A DNA stretch of 64,000 nucleotides from Ascoidea asiatica JCM 7603 (Eukaryota > Fungi > Ascomycota), in assembly GCA_001600695.1 (NCBI GenBank), contig BCKQ01000002.1:827184-891183 (forward strand), given 5' to 3'. Shown in pieces: positions 21,604 through 34,157 of this stretch. A program made the position numbers and the translations under genes. The notes beneath the pieces are model-generated. The model did not search any database, was not told the origin of the DNA, and saw nothing but the letters and a program-made list of their open reading frames with translations. Position 1 is the stretch's first letter, and the number at the start of each line of letters is the position of its first letter.

Positions 21604-22515
21604 CTAAAATTTACTCCATTTAAAGTAAGATTCATTTGGATTAATTAATTCTTTTTCATTTGAAGAAAATGATAAACCATTATCAATACCTTGAGAACCA
21701 ACAACTTGTAAATAAAAGAAAAAATCTTGCATTCTAAAACCGTTTTCTTTTAAAGTTAATTGAGCTTTTTTTAAAGCTTCATCATTTGATAAATAATTTT
21801 TATTAATTTTAATATTATGATTTTTTTCATAATTTTCAATAACATCTTCTTGAGAAATTAAATCAGAAAAAATTCTAATTTTATTTGGTAAAATTTCATA
21901 ATTATTTTTAAAATTTGTAATTATTGAAGCAATTGAATTTCCAATATCTTCAATTTTTGAAATTGCAAATTTTAAATTCTTTGGTTCTATTAAATTTGCA
22001 GATTTTGAATCAATTTCTGGATTATAACCAACAGAAAATAAAAGTTCATATAAAAATACATTTGGAATTGCAAATAATGAAGTTATAATATCAATTGTTT
22101 TAATATTTAAAGATCTTGATTTATTTGAATGTAAAGTTTTTTCATTTAAAATTGGTAAATATTTTTCAACTTTTGAAATTTCCATACCAAATTGAGATGG
22201 TATATATAATTTAATTGAATTTTTATTTAAAACCATTGCATCTAAAATTAAATTTTGATCAAAAGCAAATGGATTTGTTAAATTGATTACAACATTAACA
22301 TTTTTAAAAGAATCTTTTAAAGTATTAATTTCTGATTTTGAATCAAATTTTTTATAAATAATTTCATTTGAATCTTTAAATTTTGATGGATCTCTTGTTA
22401 AAGCAATAACTGGTAAATTAATTGAATTTTTAAAATTATCTGAAGTTAAAGCAGAAATTGTTGATTTACCTAAGAAACCATTAATACCTAAGATTGCAAC
22501 AGTTGGTAATGACAT
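21604..22515 (-). CDS. CIP1: NmrA/isoflavone-reductase-like oxidoreductase (Candida Cip1-like)
   Basis: Rossmann VAILGINGFLG, ALTRD, YIPSQFG, C-terminal ELINPNES..KW as in Cip1. Confidence 0.75.
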   Translation of the reverse strand: MSLPTVAILGINGFLGKSTISALTSDNFKNSINLPVIALTRDPSKFKDSNEIIYKKFDSKSEINTLKDSFKNVNVVINLTNPFAFDQNLILDAMVLNKNSIKLYIPSQFGMEISKVEKYLPILNEKTLHSNKSRSLNIKTIDIITSLFAIPNVFLYELLFSVGYNPEIDSKSANLIEPKNLKFAISKIEDIGNSIASIITNFKNNYEILPNKIRIFSDLISQEDVIENYEKNHNIKINKNYLSNDEALKKAQLTLKENGFRMQDFFFYLQVVGSQGIDNGLSFSSNEKELINPNESYFKWSKF

Positions 22516-23385
22516 TTTAAATTTGATAAATAGTTAATAAGATTGAAAGACTAATAGATTGATTAAATTGATTGATTGATTAGATTAATTGAATTAATTG
22601 ATTGATTGATTGATTGATTGTAGTAAAGGAAATGAATTGATTGAAAACAAATATGACCTTAAAAGCTCATATTTATATTAATTATTATTCATTTAACCTT
22701 TCATTTGATTATTCATTTAATGATTCATTTGATTAATCATTGAAATACCAATTAATTGTCGAATTGCCATTTAATTGTCAGTTGAGTACATTGATTACCT
22801 ATTCAATTGAATAATTATTTATTCAAATGTAAGTTGATTAATAAGTAATTGACGATTATCTATGAAATGATTATAAATTCAATTACAAATTAAATAAAAT
22901 ATAGGTTAAATAAACATTACTTTGCTAATCTATTGTTGGTGTTACTAATAATATTAATAATAATCAAAAGGGTCCTTGTCAGGTGACTGACATCAATTAG
23001 TAATGATTTGTAAGTGGCGGTGAAACTGAATTAGGTCTCCGAGGCTGAGTAAGAGCTTAGTCAGCGGGAAATTGTTGAATTTGGAACTCATCTCACATAT
23101 GCCAATCAATGGAAACTGATAAAGTAATAAAGTAATAACAATAAAGTACAATTGATTGCAATAGACACTACATTATTACAATACTTTTCAATCTTTTTTG
23201 ATGTTTTAATTCATAACTTTCAAGAGAATATTAAATTAAATAATCTAGGTCAATATATTACAAAACAATTCTTGCTATATAACTTTCAATTGCTAATTAA
23301 TAATCAATAAATATCATTCATTCATTTCCCTCATCCAGAGTTATCCATCAATCAATTCATCAATTCATCTTTAGATTTCTAAACG

Positions 23386-26283
23386 ATGAATTCAGTTACA
23401 AATTTCTTAAATTCTTGGGATATATCAAATGATTCAAATGATACTCAATCAAGTAATAATACTCGTCCAATAACTAGGTCTACTACAAGTAGATCTAATT
23501 CAATTGCTACTAATAAAAGTAATAATATATCTTCTTCTTCCAATGATGATTCTTTAGCTTTTTTAAATTCAGGTTCTCATTCAAAATCAAATTCAAAATC
23601 AAATATATTAAATATTAATAATAACAATAATAACAATGACTTAAATATAAAAAAATCTGTAAAATCTTCAAAATCTTCAAAATCTCCTAAATTATTAAAT
23701 AAATCAAAATCTTCAAAACTGTCTAAATCTCCTAAATCACATTCAAACTCGAACTTAAATTTAAAATCAAGTTCAAAATCTAATTTAAAATCAAAATCAA
23801 AATCAAAATCAAATTATTCAATACCTTTTACTCAACAATTAACTGATAAATTCATGGAAAAATTATTTTTAATGGTATTACCAACTTCTTCGGAATTTAG
23901 TGAAAATAATGTTAAAAAAAGAATAAAAATTTCAAAAAATAGACCTCAACTATCAATTCCATTAATGTCTAAAAATGTAATATTATTAAATCAAAGATTA
24001 TCAATTCCATTTAATATTATTGATAATATAATTTTATTAATAAATTGGGAAAATCCATATAAAAATATTTTTTTATTATTAATCTTATCTCATTTTATTT
24101 TAAATCCAATTCCATTATTATTTTCTTTTCCTTTTTTTTATATTATTTTTATATTAATATTACCTGCTTATTTAATAAAATATCCTATAAATACTTTAGA
24201 TCCAATAAACACATCAAATTCATCAAATTCTGATATTATGAAACCAATAAAAAAACCAATTTCAATAAGTCCAGTTCCGGAAATTTCAAAAGAATTTATA
24301 TTAAATTTAACTGATTTACAAAATCATACTTTATTATATGTTATTGCTTTTGATTATATTTCAAATATAGTTAATTATTTTGCATTTTGGGAAAATGATT
24401 CAATTTCTTCATTTTCTTTAATAGTCTTCTTAAGTTTATCAATTTTTAATTTATTCATTCTACCAAAGATTTATTTTAAAATTTTACCAATTTTAAAGAT
24501 TTTTACAATTTTTTCTCTCTGGTTTTTAGCAATTTTAAGTCATCCAAAACAAAGAAATAAAAATTCAAATAATATTTTAAATTTTTTCAAAAAATCAAAT
24601 TATTATAAAACAAGAAAATCTTATATTAATAAAAATTATATAAAATTTCAATTGAAACTTTTTAATCATATAAAAAATCAATTTAATCTGAATTTAATTA
24701 GTAATTCAAATTTAAATTTTTTAAATATTTATTTAAATGATTTAAAATTAGTTGAAATTTTTGAAATTCAATATTTTAATAATATTGAAAAAGAATGGAG
24801 TTCAACTATTTATTCAACTGATTTTTTCACTAAAAATTCTTCAATTAGAAAATTTAAAAATTTACAAAAATTAAAATTTTTAAGAAATTCAAATAAAAAT
24901 AATTTAGATTCAAATCATAATGATTTAAATCTTGATGATAATAATCAACCTATAAAACCTTTAGTTTATTCAAATGATTTAAGACTTATTGAACCTCCAA
25001 TTGGTTGGACTTTTTTAACTGATGATGAAAGTGATTCTAATCAACAAAATAATAATCAAATTACTACTAATACTGATACTGTAGAAAAAAATACTATAGA
25101 AAAAAATGAAAGTTTAGGTGGTAGCTTGATTGATTCAATTACAAATACAATTATTGGAAATAGTGAAAGTACCGATCATAAAATCACTAATAAAGATAAA
25201 GATCAAATTTCGAAAAATGTTAATGAAATGGATAAAAAAATATCAAAAAAAAAATCATTAAATTTATTAAATGAATCAAATCTGAAATCAAATCCAAGAT
25301 CTTTATCAAATCGTCGTAAATCAAATCCACCAAAACCAAAACCACAATTAACAGAAAAAGAAAAAATTAATTCTAATTCTTTTATTAATGAAAAAGTAAA
25401 AGCAATTCCAGATTCAAATTATCATTGGTGTTTAGATTTAAATCCAGAAAAATGGTGTAAAGAAAATTGTGTTTATGATATTTTGGATATTGATAATGAT
25501 GAAAAATGGTGTTATGATATAAATGAATCTACTGGTATAAAAAGTTATGAATTCAGAAGAAGAAGATGGTTACGTTATGTGACTAGAACTACAGATTATA
25601 ATGAAACTGATCTAAAAAATGAATTATCTAAAAGAACATTTGAAAAAGAAATAAATAAATTGAACTTATCATTAGATGAAAACTCTTCTGATATAGATTC
25701 TGATTATAGTTCTGATTCAGATTTACATTCAAATGCTAGTTTAAATTCAGATTCAAAATCAATTAACAGCTCAGCAAATTATACTGATGATGATGATAAT
25801 AATAATGATTCAGATATGAGTGAGGATAATTCTATGAGTCGAAAAACAACCAATTCAAGTCATAATGAACTTGATGAAAATAATCTTAATAATGAACTTT
25901 ATAATTTACTTAAGACCAGCTCCTATGAGGATAATAAACAAAATAATTCAACGAATGCATCACCTTTAGGAGCTTTAAATTCCTTAAATACTCTTCAAAA
26001 ATTCAATCCATTGTATGGCTCTAAAAATATGATCAACACAAATGGTAGTAACAACAATAATAATATTCTGGAAGATAATCTTTTGCGGAATGGAGGAGAA
26101 TCCAATAAAGAGAAACGAAAAACAGCAAGCAGCTTATTATTTGATTTATTTACTGAAAATGAAGAAAAGTTAGATAAACAAACGGCTGTAGTAAATTCAA
26201 ATTCTGCATCAACTGGTCCTTTTACAAAATGGACTAAAAACTTAACTGATTCTTATACTAAAAGAAACACTACACATTTTTAA
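23386..26283 (+). CDS. PEX29: Pex24/28/29-family peroxin (reticulon-like + dysferlin domain)
   Basis: LTDKFMEKLFLMVLP..RPQLSIPLMSKN..INWENP, TM segments, VEIFEIQ, PPIGW, WCLDLNPEKW, FRRRRWLR. Confidence 0.8.
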   Translation: MNSVTNFLNSWDISNDSNDTQSSNNTRPITRSTTSRSNSIATNKSNNISSSSNDDSLAFLNSGSHSKSNSKSNILNINNNNNNNDLNIKKSVKSSKSSKSPKLLNKSKSSKLSKSPKSHSNSNLNLKSSSKSNLKSKSKSKSNYSIPFTQQLTDKFMEKLFLMVLPTSSEFSENNVKKRIKISKNRPQLSIPLMSKNVILLNQRLSIPFNIIDNIILLINWENPYKNIFLLLILSHFILNPIPLLFSFPFFYIIFILILPAYLIKYPINTLDPINTSNSSNSDIMKPIKKPISISPVPEISKEFILNLTDLQNHTLLYVIAFDYISNIVNYFAFWENDSISSFSLIVFLSLSIFNLFILPKIYFKILPILKIFTIFSLWFLAILSHPKQRNKNSNNILNFFKKSNYYKTRKSYINKNYIKFQLKLFNHIKNQFNLNLISNSNLNFLNIYLNDLKLVEIFEIQYFNNIEKEWSSTIYSTDFFTKNSSIRKFKNLQKLKFLRNSNKNNLDSNHNDLNLDDNNQPIKPLVYSNDLRLIEPPIGWTFLTDDESDSNQQNNNQITTNTDTVEKNTIEKNESLGGSLIDSITNTIIGNSESTDHKITNKDKDQISKNVNEMDKKISKKKSLNLLNESNLKSNPRSLSNRRKSNPPKPKPQLTEKEKINSNSFINEKVKAIPDSNYHWCLDLNPEKWCKENCVYDILDIDNDEKWCYDINESTGIKSYEFRRRRWLRYVTRTTDYNETDLKNELSKRTFEKEINKLNLSLDENSSDIDSDYSSDSDLHSNASLNSDSKSINSSANYTDDDDNNNDSDMSEDNSMSRKTTNSSHNELDENNLNNELYNLLKTSSYEDNKQNNSTNASPLGALNSLNTLQKFNPLYGSKNMINTNGSNNNNNILEDNLLRNGGESNKEKRKTASSLLFDLFTENEEKLDKQTAVVNSNSASTGPFTKWTKNLTDSYTKRNTTHF

Positions 26284-26895
26284 ATATTTGGTGAGAATAT
26301 CAGCTGTAAATATGAATATGATTTAATGATCAAAAACTAAATACTTTCAAGTATATAATGTATTAATGAATTTAACGGATTTTTATGACTCAAGAAAATT
26401 GGTGGCCGAAACTGTAAAAAATACAAAAAAAGATATTACGAAAATGAATTTATTGATATTGAATATCGTCAAAAAAAAAAAAAAAAAAACATTAATGGGA
26501 GGTGATTCGACTCGCAAGCTATATATTTTGTAGTGTTCCAAAAATAAGAAGAAAAATAAAATGCCAGGATAAATAATTATAGATGATTTTAAAGATTTAA
26601 AGAATGTTAAATTGTTTTACAAAGCAAGAATAAAAATAAAAGAAAAAATTAAAACCTTAAAACAAAAAGAAAAGTAAGCAATAATCTAAAACAAAAACCA
26701 GTTAATCTCATTCCATAAAAAACGATATTTAGACTCTTAACAAAAAATTAAAATTAGAAACAAATACGAAAATTATTGAAAAAAAAATTAAAATTAAAAA
26801 AATCTAGCGGGGTTTGTTTATAGCAACAACAAGAAAACAAAGCAAAGAAATAAATATCATATATCAGAAAAAATGAATTTTTGTTCAGAAAACTT

Positions 26896-29800
26896 TTAGG
26901 AATTGGACCGTGAAGTTTTATATTGTCCAGAATTATCTAAAATATCTTCCACAGAATTACTGAATTCATATATGTTATCATTTCTGGGGTTTATACTTTG
27001 CCTTTCAAAGTCAAAGTCATCAAATTCGTCATCATCAGCAATGGTAGATACTAACCTGGAATTTCTTCCATTAGATAAGCCAATCGAATCTGTAGTACTT
27101 ATTACATCAAATGTAGATGCAATGCTGGATCTATTGACATTTCTTATTATTTTTGGAGGTTCTGAAATTCTATTTGAAGGAATTGATCGTCGACTTAGTG
27201 ATCGGAAACTATTTTCTTCTACTATGTCTTCTTCCAGTATTCTATGATGAGCAAGATCATTATATTTGCCTTGATTTAGGTCAATTACATTATTGAATGA
27301 AGTCTGCTTCAAATTTCCTATATTTGCTTTACTAAAAGTAGAATTCATATCATCTAAATAACTAGCTCTGAAACTTGCAGGAGTTTTAGGCGTTATTAAA
27401 GGTTCATTATTTGAATCAGAAGGAGAAGGCTTATCCAGTTCAATTCCCAATGCACTTCTTGGCTGAACAACTAATTGATGAGGTCTCCTTACTTGAAACC
27501 CACTAGATCCAAGTGCTTTAATATTATCTTCTGGTTTTTTCAAACCCAACTTCACTAAAACATTATCAAATATCTTTTTATTGATCCATTTGTCAACATT
27601 AACACCATTGGAATGTTTTAAAACAGGTTTTTCATCAAGAGGATTCGCCAATTTATCTGTAGTCTTATCTCTGGCATCCCAAAGTCTTTTGACTTCGGGG
27701 TCTGGATCTAAAACACTTCCTCTATATTTATATATATCACTTTCTCGAACAGTATAATCAACATCAGATCTTTTTTGATAAGGTCCTAATAATAAATCAT
27801 ATGAAGTATGTTTACTTGATGAATTAATTTGAGAAAAATTATTATCAGATGAATCTCTTCTTAATAAATGTCTACTATCAGATAAATTTGTTGAAGGAGA
27901 TTTTGAATAATAAACTGACAGAGCATGTGGTGTTCTATAAAAAGCAGAATTATTTCCACCATAAGTTGGAGATAATTCATTTAAAAGTGGATTACTATTC
28001 CTAAGAGATGCTGTAGTTGAAGTTCTTTTTTCAGGATCTAATGAATTTGATAAATTTCCAGGAATATATGAAATACTTGTTGAATAATTAATTCCAGATT
28101 GATTTTCATTTGTTTCTGAATTTTCAATATATAAAGTTCCATTATTATATCTTCTTATACTTATTATTGTTTGAGTGAAAGAATAAATTGATTTTAAAAA
28201 AATTAAAAGAATTAATAAAGCATGTAATACAAATTGAGTTATTGCAATATATGATTTCTTTCTTTCAGATATATCTAATTGATTTAAAAAAGCAATATTA
28301 AAGAATAAAGTACTAATTTTAAAAATTGAAATCAAAGAACAATTAAAAGATTTACCAGATTTTGCAAAAAAAGGCTGAATAGTTAAAATTGCAAATAATT
28401 GTAAAACTTCTAATACTGATAAAAATATAATTTGAGCTAAACCAGATTTTTGTAAACAAGAAATAACAACAGATTTTAAAAAAGTTAATAATAAATCAAT
28501 TGAGATATAATATAATCTATTTGGAGTATATGAATTAAAAATAACACCATAAACGGAAATTAATTTTAAAGAAGAATATATTTTTCTTTGATTAAAATTT
28601 TTCTTATTAAAAATATATTTAGATGCAAAATAACAAGCATTTATAACCCAAAATAGAACTAAAATTAAACCTATGATACTTGTAACTATAGAATATTTAG
28701 GATAAAAAGAATCTAATGGTTGTGAAGAACCAACAATTAAATCTGAAGATGGAGGAATTTGATGATCATTATAAAATTTTTGATCAATAAATATATAAAA
28801 TTGATATAAACTTATGATTAAAAAAGGTGAAGAGAAATAGATATAAAAACTTCTAAAAAAAACTCCGAGACAAAAAAATAAAATTTTTAACCAAAATTTA
28901 GAAAAAATTTCTTGATTTATAATTTCAGTCTGAGTTGTTTTTGTAGAAGATACTGAATTTCTATTTTTTCTATTATTTATATTATTGTTTAAATTGTATA
29001 AATTATTATTACTATTATTATTACTATTATTTTTGCTATTGTTATTACTATTAGTATTACTATTTGGATTACTATTATCTATATTAGTATTAATTGTACT
29101 ATTAATGGTACTATTATTATTATGAAAATTAGAGAAAAAACTTAAAGATTTTGAATGATCTCTTGAATGATTTCTTGAATGAGGTATTGAAGGAATAGAT
29201 AAATGATTTGGTAATAATTTTGAAGAATGTTTTTGAGGATTATTATCATAAATATCTTTATCATTTGAAATACTATTTCTTTTTTTATTACCAATATTAT
29301 TAGTATCAGTGGTAATAATTGTAGTATTATTGGTAATGATTTTAATTAATAAAATTATAATTGAATAAAATAAGAAATAAAATATATTTATAATTGCTAA
29401 AAAAATCATAAAATTTTTCCAAATATTATTAATTGTAAAAGAATTTAATAATAAATTAAGATTATTTGAATTTAAATAAATATTATCATTTAAGAAATAA
29501 TTTTTAGTAAAAATTTTTAAAAAAAAATCATAAAATGATAAAGTTGACCAATTTAAAGAATTTAATAAAATTGGTTGATAAAAACCAGGATAATTTAAAT
29601 TTAAAGAACCATTAAAATAAATAAATTGATAATAATTTAATAAATCTGAGAAAAATGGATTTAAATGATTTAATAAAGATTCATTACAAATTGTTGAGAC
29701 TATTAAAAGAAAAGGATTTTTTGATTCTTGATATGGAGAAAAAATTAAAGTAAAATTATTAAATAAATAAATTAAAATTAAAATAGTTAATGGTATGATT

Positions 29801-30744
29801 AAAATTATTAAAGATAAAAATTTTGGTAATTTTGGAGTTATAATTGATTTTATACAAGATAATAAATTTGAATTTTTTTGATTTGATAATATTGAAAATC
29901 TTAATGAAAAAGAACCTAAATTTGTGAAATTTGATAAAGATTGAAAATAATTTATATCAAAAATATTTGAATTATTAATTGGACATATATCTTGATTATA
30001 AGAGAAATTTAAATTTGAAGATAATTGATAAAAATTTGGATTAAAAGAATCATAATCATATAAAGGAGGAAAAATATTATTAGTATTTGAATTTGAATTT
30101 GAATTTTTTAATAGCTTATTATTTTTATTATTTTTATTATTATTATGATAAGATTGATTAAAATTATAATTTGAATTTGAAGATATTGAATTTAAAGATA
30201 ATTTATTTGAAGTTGAATCATTATTTGAGTATGGAGAAGATATAATATTACAAAATCTAATATATTGATCTAAAACATCACCGGAGATGAATTCTAATTG
30301 AACATGTAAAGTTGTATATTTATTTGAAGATTGATTAATATCAGTAATTTGAGTTAAATTAGTTGCAAAAGATTGATTATTATTATTAATATTATTTTGT
30401 ATAGTATTATTATTATGATTATTAAAAGATGGATTGAAAATTGAATTTAATTTTATGAATATATCATTATAATGAGGATTATAATAAGCATGAATTTGAG
30501 GTATTTGAATATTTAATAAATCATTTGAATTTGTATATGAATCATAACAATTTATTGGTTTTATTAAAGCAGAATTTATTAAAAATATATTAAAATTAAA
30601 AATTATTAAAAAAATTAAGATTGAATTTAATTTTAATGAATTTAATATATTTGAAATTTTGAAATTTTTTTTCTTGAAATGATTTTGATTATTATGATTA
30701 TTATGATTATTAAATGATATTATTGTAGAATTAAGCGATTGCAT
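26896..30744 (-). CDS. Flc/Pkd2-like TRP-family membrane protein
   Basis: YTTLHV..RFC ML-like N-domain, YQFIYFNGSLNLNYPGFYQP, multiple TM helices, DYTVRESDIY tail motif. Confidence 0.75.
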   Translation of the reverse strand: MQSLNSTIISFNNHNNHNNQNHFKKKNFKISNILNSLKLNSILIFLIIFNFNIFLINSALIKPINCYDSYTNSNDLLNIQIPQIHAYYNPHYNDIFIKLNSIFNPSFNNHNNNTIQNNINNNNQSFATNLTQITDINQSSNKYTTLHVQLEFISGDVLDQYIRFCNIISSPYSNNDSTSNKLSLNSISSNSNYNFNQSYHNNNKNNKNNKLLKNSNSNSNTNNIFPPLYDYDSFNPNFYQLSSNLNFSYNQDICPINNSNIFDINYFQSLSNFTNLGSFSLRFSILSNQKNSNLLSCIKSIITPKLPKFLSLIILIIPLTILILIYLFNNFTLIFSPYQESKNPFLLIVSTICNESLLNHLNPFFSDLLNYYQFIYFNGSLNLNYPGFYQPILLNSLNWSTLSFYDFFLKIFTKNYFLNDNIYLNSNNLNLLLNSFTINNIWKNFMIFLAIINIFYFLFYSIIILLIKIITNNTTIITTDTNNIGNKKRNSISNDKDIYDNNPQKHSSKLLPNHLSIPSIPHSRNHSRDHSKSLSFFSNFHNNNSTINSTINTNIDNSNPNSNTNSNNNSKNNSNNNSNNNLYNLNNNINNRKNRNSVSSTKTTQTEIINQEIFSKFWLKILFFCLGVFFRSFYIYFSSPFLIISLYQFYIFIDQKFYNDHQIPPSSDLIVGSSQPLDSFYPKYSIVTSIIGLILVLFWVINACYFASKYIFNKKNFNQRKIYSSLKLISVYGVIFNSYTPNRLYYISIDLLLTFLKSVVISCLQKSGLAQIIFLSVLEVLQLFAILTIQPFFAKSGKSFNCSLISIFKISTLFFNIAFLNQLDISERKKSYIAITQFVLHALLILLIFLKSIYSFTQTIISIRRYNNGTLYIENSETNENQSGINYSTSISYIPGNLSNSLDPEKRTSTTASLRNSNPLLNELSPTYGGNNSAFYRTPHALSVYYSKSPSTNLSDSRHLLRRDSSDNNFSQINSSSKHTSYDLLLGPYQKRSDVDYTVRESDIYKYRGSVLDPDPEVKRLWDARDKTTDKLANPLDEKPVLKHSNGVNVDKWINKKIFDNVLVKLGLKKPEDNIKALGSSGFQVRRPHQLVVQPRSALGIELDKPSPSDSNNEPLITPKTPASFRASYLDDMNSTFSKANIGNLKQTSFNNVIDLNQGKYNDLAHHRILEEDIVEENSFRSLSRRSIPSNRISEPPKIIRNVNRSSIASTFDVISTTDSIGLSNGRNSRLVSTIADDDEFDDFDFERQSINPRNDNIYEFSNSVEDILDNSGQYKTSRSNS

Positions 30745-31810
30745 AATAAAAAAATTATTAAATATGAAAGCATATATATTTTATAATATATTCTTTATAT
30801 AATGTTATGTTTTTATACATAAATATTTATTTAAATATGGAAGTGATTAGTGATTCATTTAGATTTTTTATATGAGATTTAAAATTGAAATTAAGATTGA
30901 TTAAGATTGATTAAAATTGATTAAAAATGATATAAAATTGAATTGGATTATAAATTATGAAAATATATACTGTATATATAAATGAAGAATATGAATATGA
31001 ATACAGATTTTGAGATTTGAAGATATTGATTGAATCTTTCCTTTATTGAATTCTTGTAATCTTTTGGATTATGTATTCTTTATGATTATATTCTTTGATA
31101 TATTTTGATGTATTTTTTGATATTGTATTATTCTTTGATAAAAGTATTACTTTCTGATAAAATATTTGATATAAGTTATAATAAAGATTGTTGTTAGATT
31201 ATTTATTCAAAGCAGCTTTGTCAGATACCAATTAGTCCATTCATTTAATATATTGAAATATTCCAGCACTCAGAGCAGGAGCAGGAGCAGGAGCAGAAAC
31301 AGTAACTGAACAGTAACATTGGTAACTAAGCAGTTAGCCTTAGATTGCTACTAAAAAAATAAAATAAAGGCTGAGCACTCATCCAGAATCACCCAGAAGC
31401 ACGGGGAGCCACCCCTGGCGCAGGTGCAGGCACTGGTGCACCGGGAAGGGTGCCTCGAGGTGGACTCGTGTAACCCACCGGTATGGTACAACCACATCCA
31501 TGGATCTAAATAAGACGAGTCAGCATTGCCATAATATTACGTAATTTTGAATGTCAGCTGACTGACCGGATTTCAATTTATAATATTACCCTAAAAAGAA
31601 AGTGATCCCGTGCCAACAGACTCTTGCTTTGGACTACTCTATTTAGGCAGAACTATACCTGAGGCCACGTCCCAGGGTTGCCTTACTTCTGGCCAATCAG
31701 CGTGCGCGGGCCTTGTCGAAAGCAGTTAAAACATATACACTTCTCGCTTCTCGCTTCGAGTCTGTTTCTCGAAGCCTTTGTGCTACTGCGAAGAAAGTGA
31801 CAAGCAAGTA

Positions 31811-31885
<75 letters not shown>
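31811..31885. repeat. (ACTT)~18 microsatellite
   Basis: Read directly from the sequence. Confidence 0.95.
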
Positions 31886-31886
<1 letters not shown>

Positions 31887-32861
31887 TGTTAGCTACTTCT
31901 TTTGCTTTCTTTCATTCAAATGGATTTTTATCTCTTTTCATCCCATTCCAGTTTCACTTTAATCATTTCACAGCAATTCATTTACTCATTCATCGATAAT
32001 TACTAAGTACTATCAATCTCCATTCAATCTCCATTCAATCTCCATTCACAATCAATCCAAATCAAATCAAATAAACAAATAATCAAATCAAATTAAAACT
32101 TCTTTTAAAAAAAAAATCACACCATTATTTGAACTATTCTAATTGTTTTAAATTTTATTTCTTCTCAGGTAATTCATGGAATTATTAACAAAATAATAAT
32201 TTTAAGCAACTCATGGAAAAAAAAAAAATAAAATAATACTTCTCCAATAATAAATTATTCAAATGTAATAAATAAATAATTATATATTTCAAGTACTCAA
32301 AATTTTCTTATATTTCGATAATAATTTATTCCCTTATTCTTTCTTTTATCTACCGTATAATAAATTCTATGTCTATGTCATGATATCCATTTTATTATTA
32401 TCGACATAATATCGATAATTATATTAAAGACGAATCGTATTTCCTAATCCGGTATTCTTTCCTTATATATTTCATATTCTCTATTTCATTCATATTCTTA
32501 TTGCTTTAATATCGAATATCAAATAATCATCGAATAAAGAACTAAATCAATTAATAAATTAATGAATTTATTATTCTATTTTTTATTAACTTATTCCATA
32601 TATGAAATTATAATCATATCATATCATATCATATACTATATCTTATCTTGATTTATTTCTTTATCTATATACTTATTCCATACTATAATTACCACTATCA
32701 CTATTACTCTCACTATTAATATTGCTATTATTGATTATATATAAATACTTTATTTCCTCCATTTACTTTTTATATTATATTCTTTATCTTCATATTATTC
32801 ACTTACAATCCATATACTCAAATATATATAATTAAATATAAATACAATTAATTACTTCAAA

Positions 32862-34157
32862 ATGTCAACTGCTCAAGTTTTACCAAATATTCCTCTTAAA
32901 AAATCCGATTTAATATCTTTATCAAATCCAATTGCAGAAGAATTATTTGAATTAGAAAAAAGATCTTTATTTAATACTTCTTGGATCTTCATATCTCATA
33001 ATTCAATATTTAAAAAAATTGGTGATTATTTTCAATTTCAAATTGCAGGTTTAAATTTTTTTTTAATTAAAAATAAAGAAAATAAAATTAATGCTTTTCA
33101 TAATGTTTGTCGTCATAGAGCATATCCTGTAATTAGAAAAGAACATGGTTCTTCAAGAATCTTAGGTTGTAAATATCATGGTTGGTCTTATAATACTGAT
33201 GGTTTATTAACAAAAGCTCCTCATTTTGAAAATGTTAATGGTTTCATTAAAGAAAAAAATTCATTATATAAAATTCCAAGTTTTATTACTGATCAAGGTT
33301 TAATTTTTATTAATTTTGATGTTTCTAAAAATCCATTATCTCCAGAAATTCCATTTGATAAATTTTTCTCAAATTTAGAAAATTCTTTACATGATTTTGA
33401 TTTTAATGATTATGAATTTAATCAAACTTATACTTTAGAAGGTAATTTCAATTGGAAATCTTTTATTTTATCAAATAATATTAATTTTGATTCAAATTTT
33501 GAATCAAATTTTAAAATTTCAAATTCAATTTTAAAAAATACAATTGATTATTCAAAAATTTTAAAAGAAAAATCTGATGCAGAATCAACAACCACTACAA
33601 CCACCACCACTGCTACTAATACTTCATCTTCTTGGTTCAATTGGTCATCATCACCATCAACAACAACAACAACAAAAGATACCAATGAATCAACTGAAAA
33701 TAAAATTGAAATTGAACCAATTACAAAAGAATTTAAAAAAACAACTTTTCAATTATTTCCATTATCTTCAATTAATTGTTTTGAACAAGCTTGGTATTCA
33801 ATAAAAATTTCTCCAAGTGAATCAAATAAAACTATAATAAAATATGATATTTTTACTAAAAAAGAAGGTTTATCAAATTTTAAAAAAAATGAATTTATTG
33901 AATTTATAAAAAAATTTGAATTAAATAATTTTAATAAAATTAATGATTCAATATTAATTGAAAATTCTTTAATTTTAAAAAATTCAAAAATTTCAAAAAT
34001 TATTAAAAATCATTTTGATTTTGAAACTTCAAATGGTCAACAATTTAATCCAGGATTTGTTGGTGGTAAAGCTCCTTCAAAGGCTTCTGAAGAATTAGAT
34101 GAAATATGTAAAGCTGTTGAATGTCAAAGTAATAAAGAATTAAATTTCGATTGGTAA
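32862..34157 (+). CDS. Rieske [2Fe-2S] oxygenase alpha-like protein (choline/carnitine monooxygenase family), catalytic domain degenerate
   Basis: C83-x-H85 (NVCRHR) and C103-x2-H106 (CKYHGW) are intact; NWK is present but the following ExYH..H iron ligands are missing. Confidence 0.85.
   Translation: MSTAQVLPNIPLKKSDLISLSNPIAEELFELEKRSLFNTSWIFISHNSIFKKIGDYFQFQIAGLNFFLIKNKENKINAFHNVCRHRAYPVIRKEHGSSRILGCKYHGWSYNTDGLLTKAPHFENVNGFIKEKNSLYKIPSFITDQGLIFINFDVSKNPLSPEIPFDKFFSNLENSLHDFDFNDYEFNQTYTLEGNFNWKSFILSNNINFDSNFESNFKISNSILKNTIDYSKILKEKSDAESTTTTTTTTATNTSSSWFNWSSSPSTTTTTKDTNESTENKIEIEPITKEFKKTTFQLFPLSSINCFEQAWYSIKISPSESNKTIIKYDIFTKKEGLSNFKKNEFIEFIKKFELNNFNKINDSILIENSLILKNSKISKIIKNHFDFETSNGQQFNPGFVGGKAPSKASEELDEICKAVECQSNKELNFDW

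Noticed and set aside
26471-26545. tRNA/B-box-like GATTCGACTC next to a poly-A run
   Set aside because: No T-stem, cloverleaf or A-box could be built.
31778-31999. 73-aa ORF with LLTY repeats
   Set aside because: Translation of the (ACTT)n microsatellite; non-ATG start.
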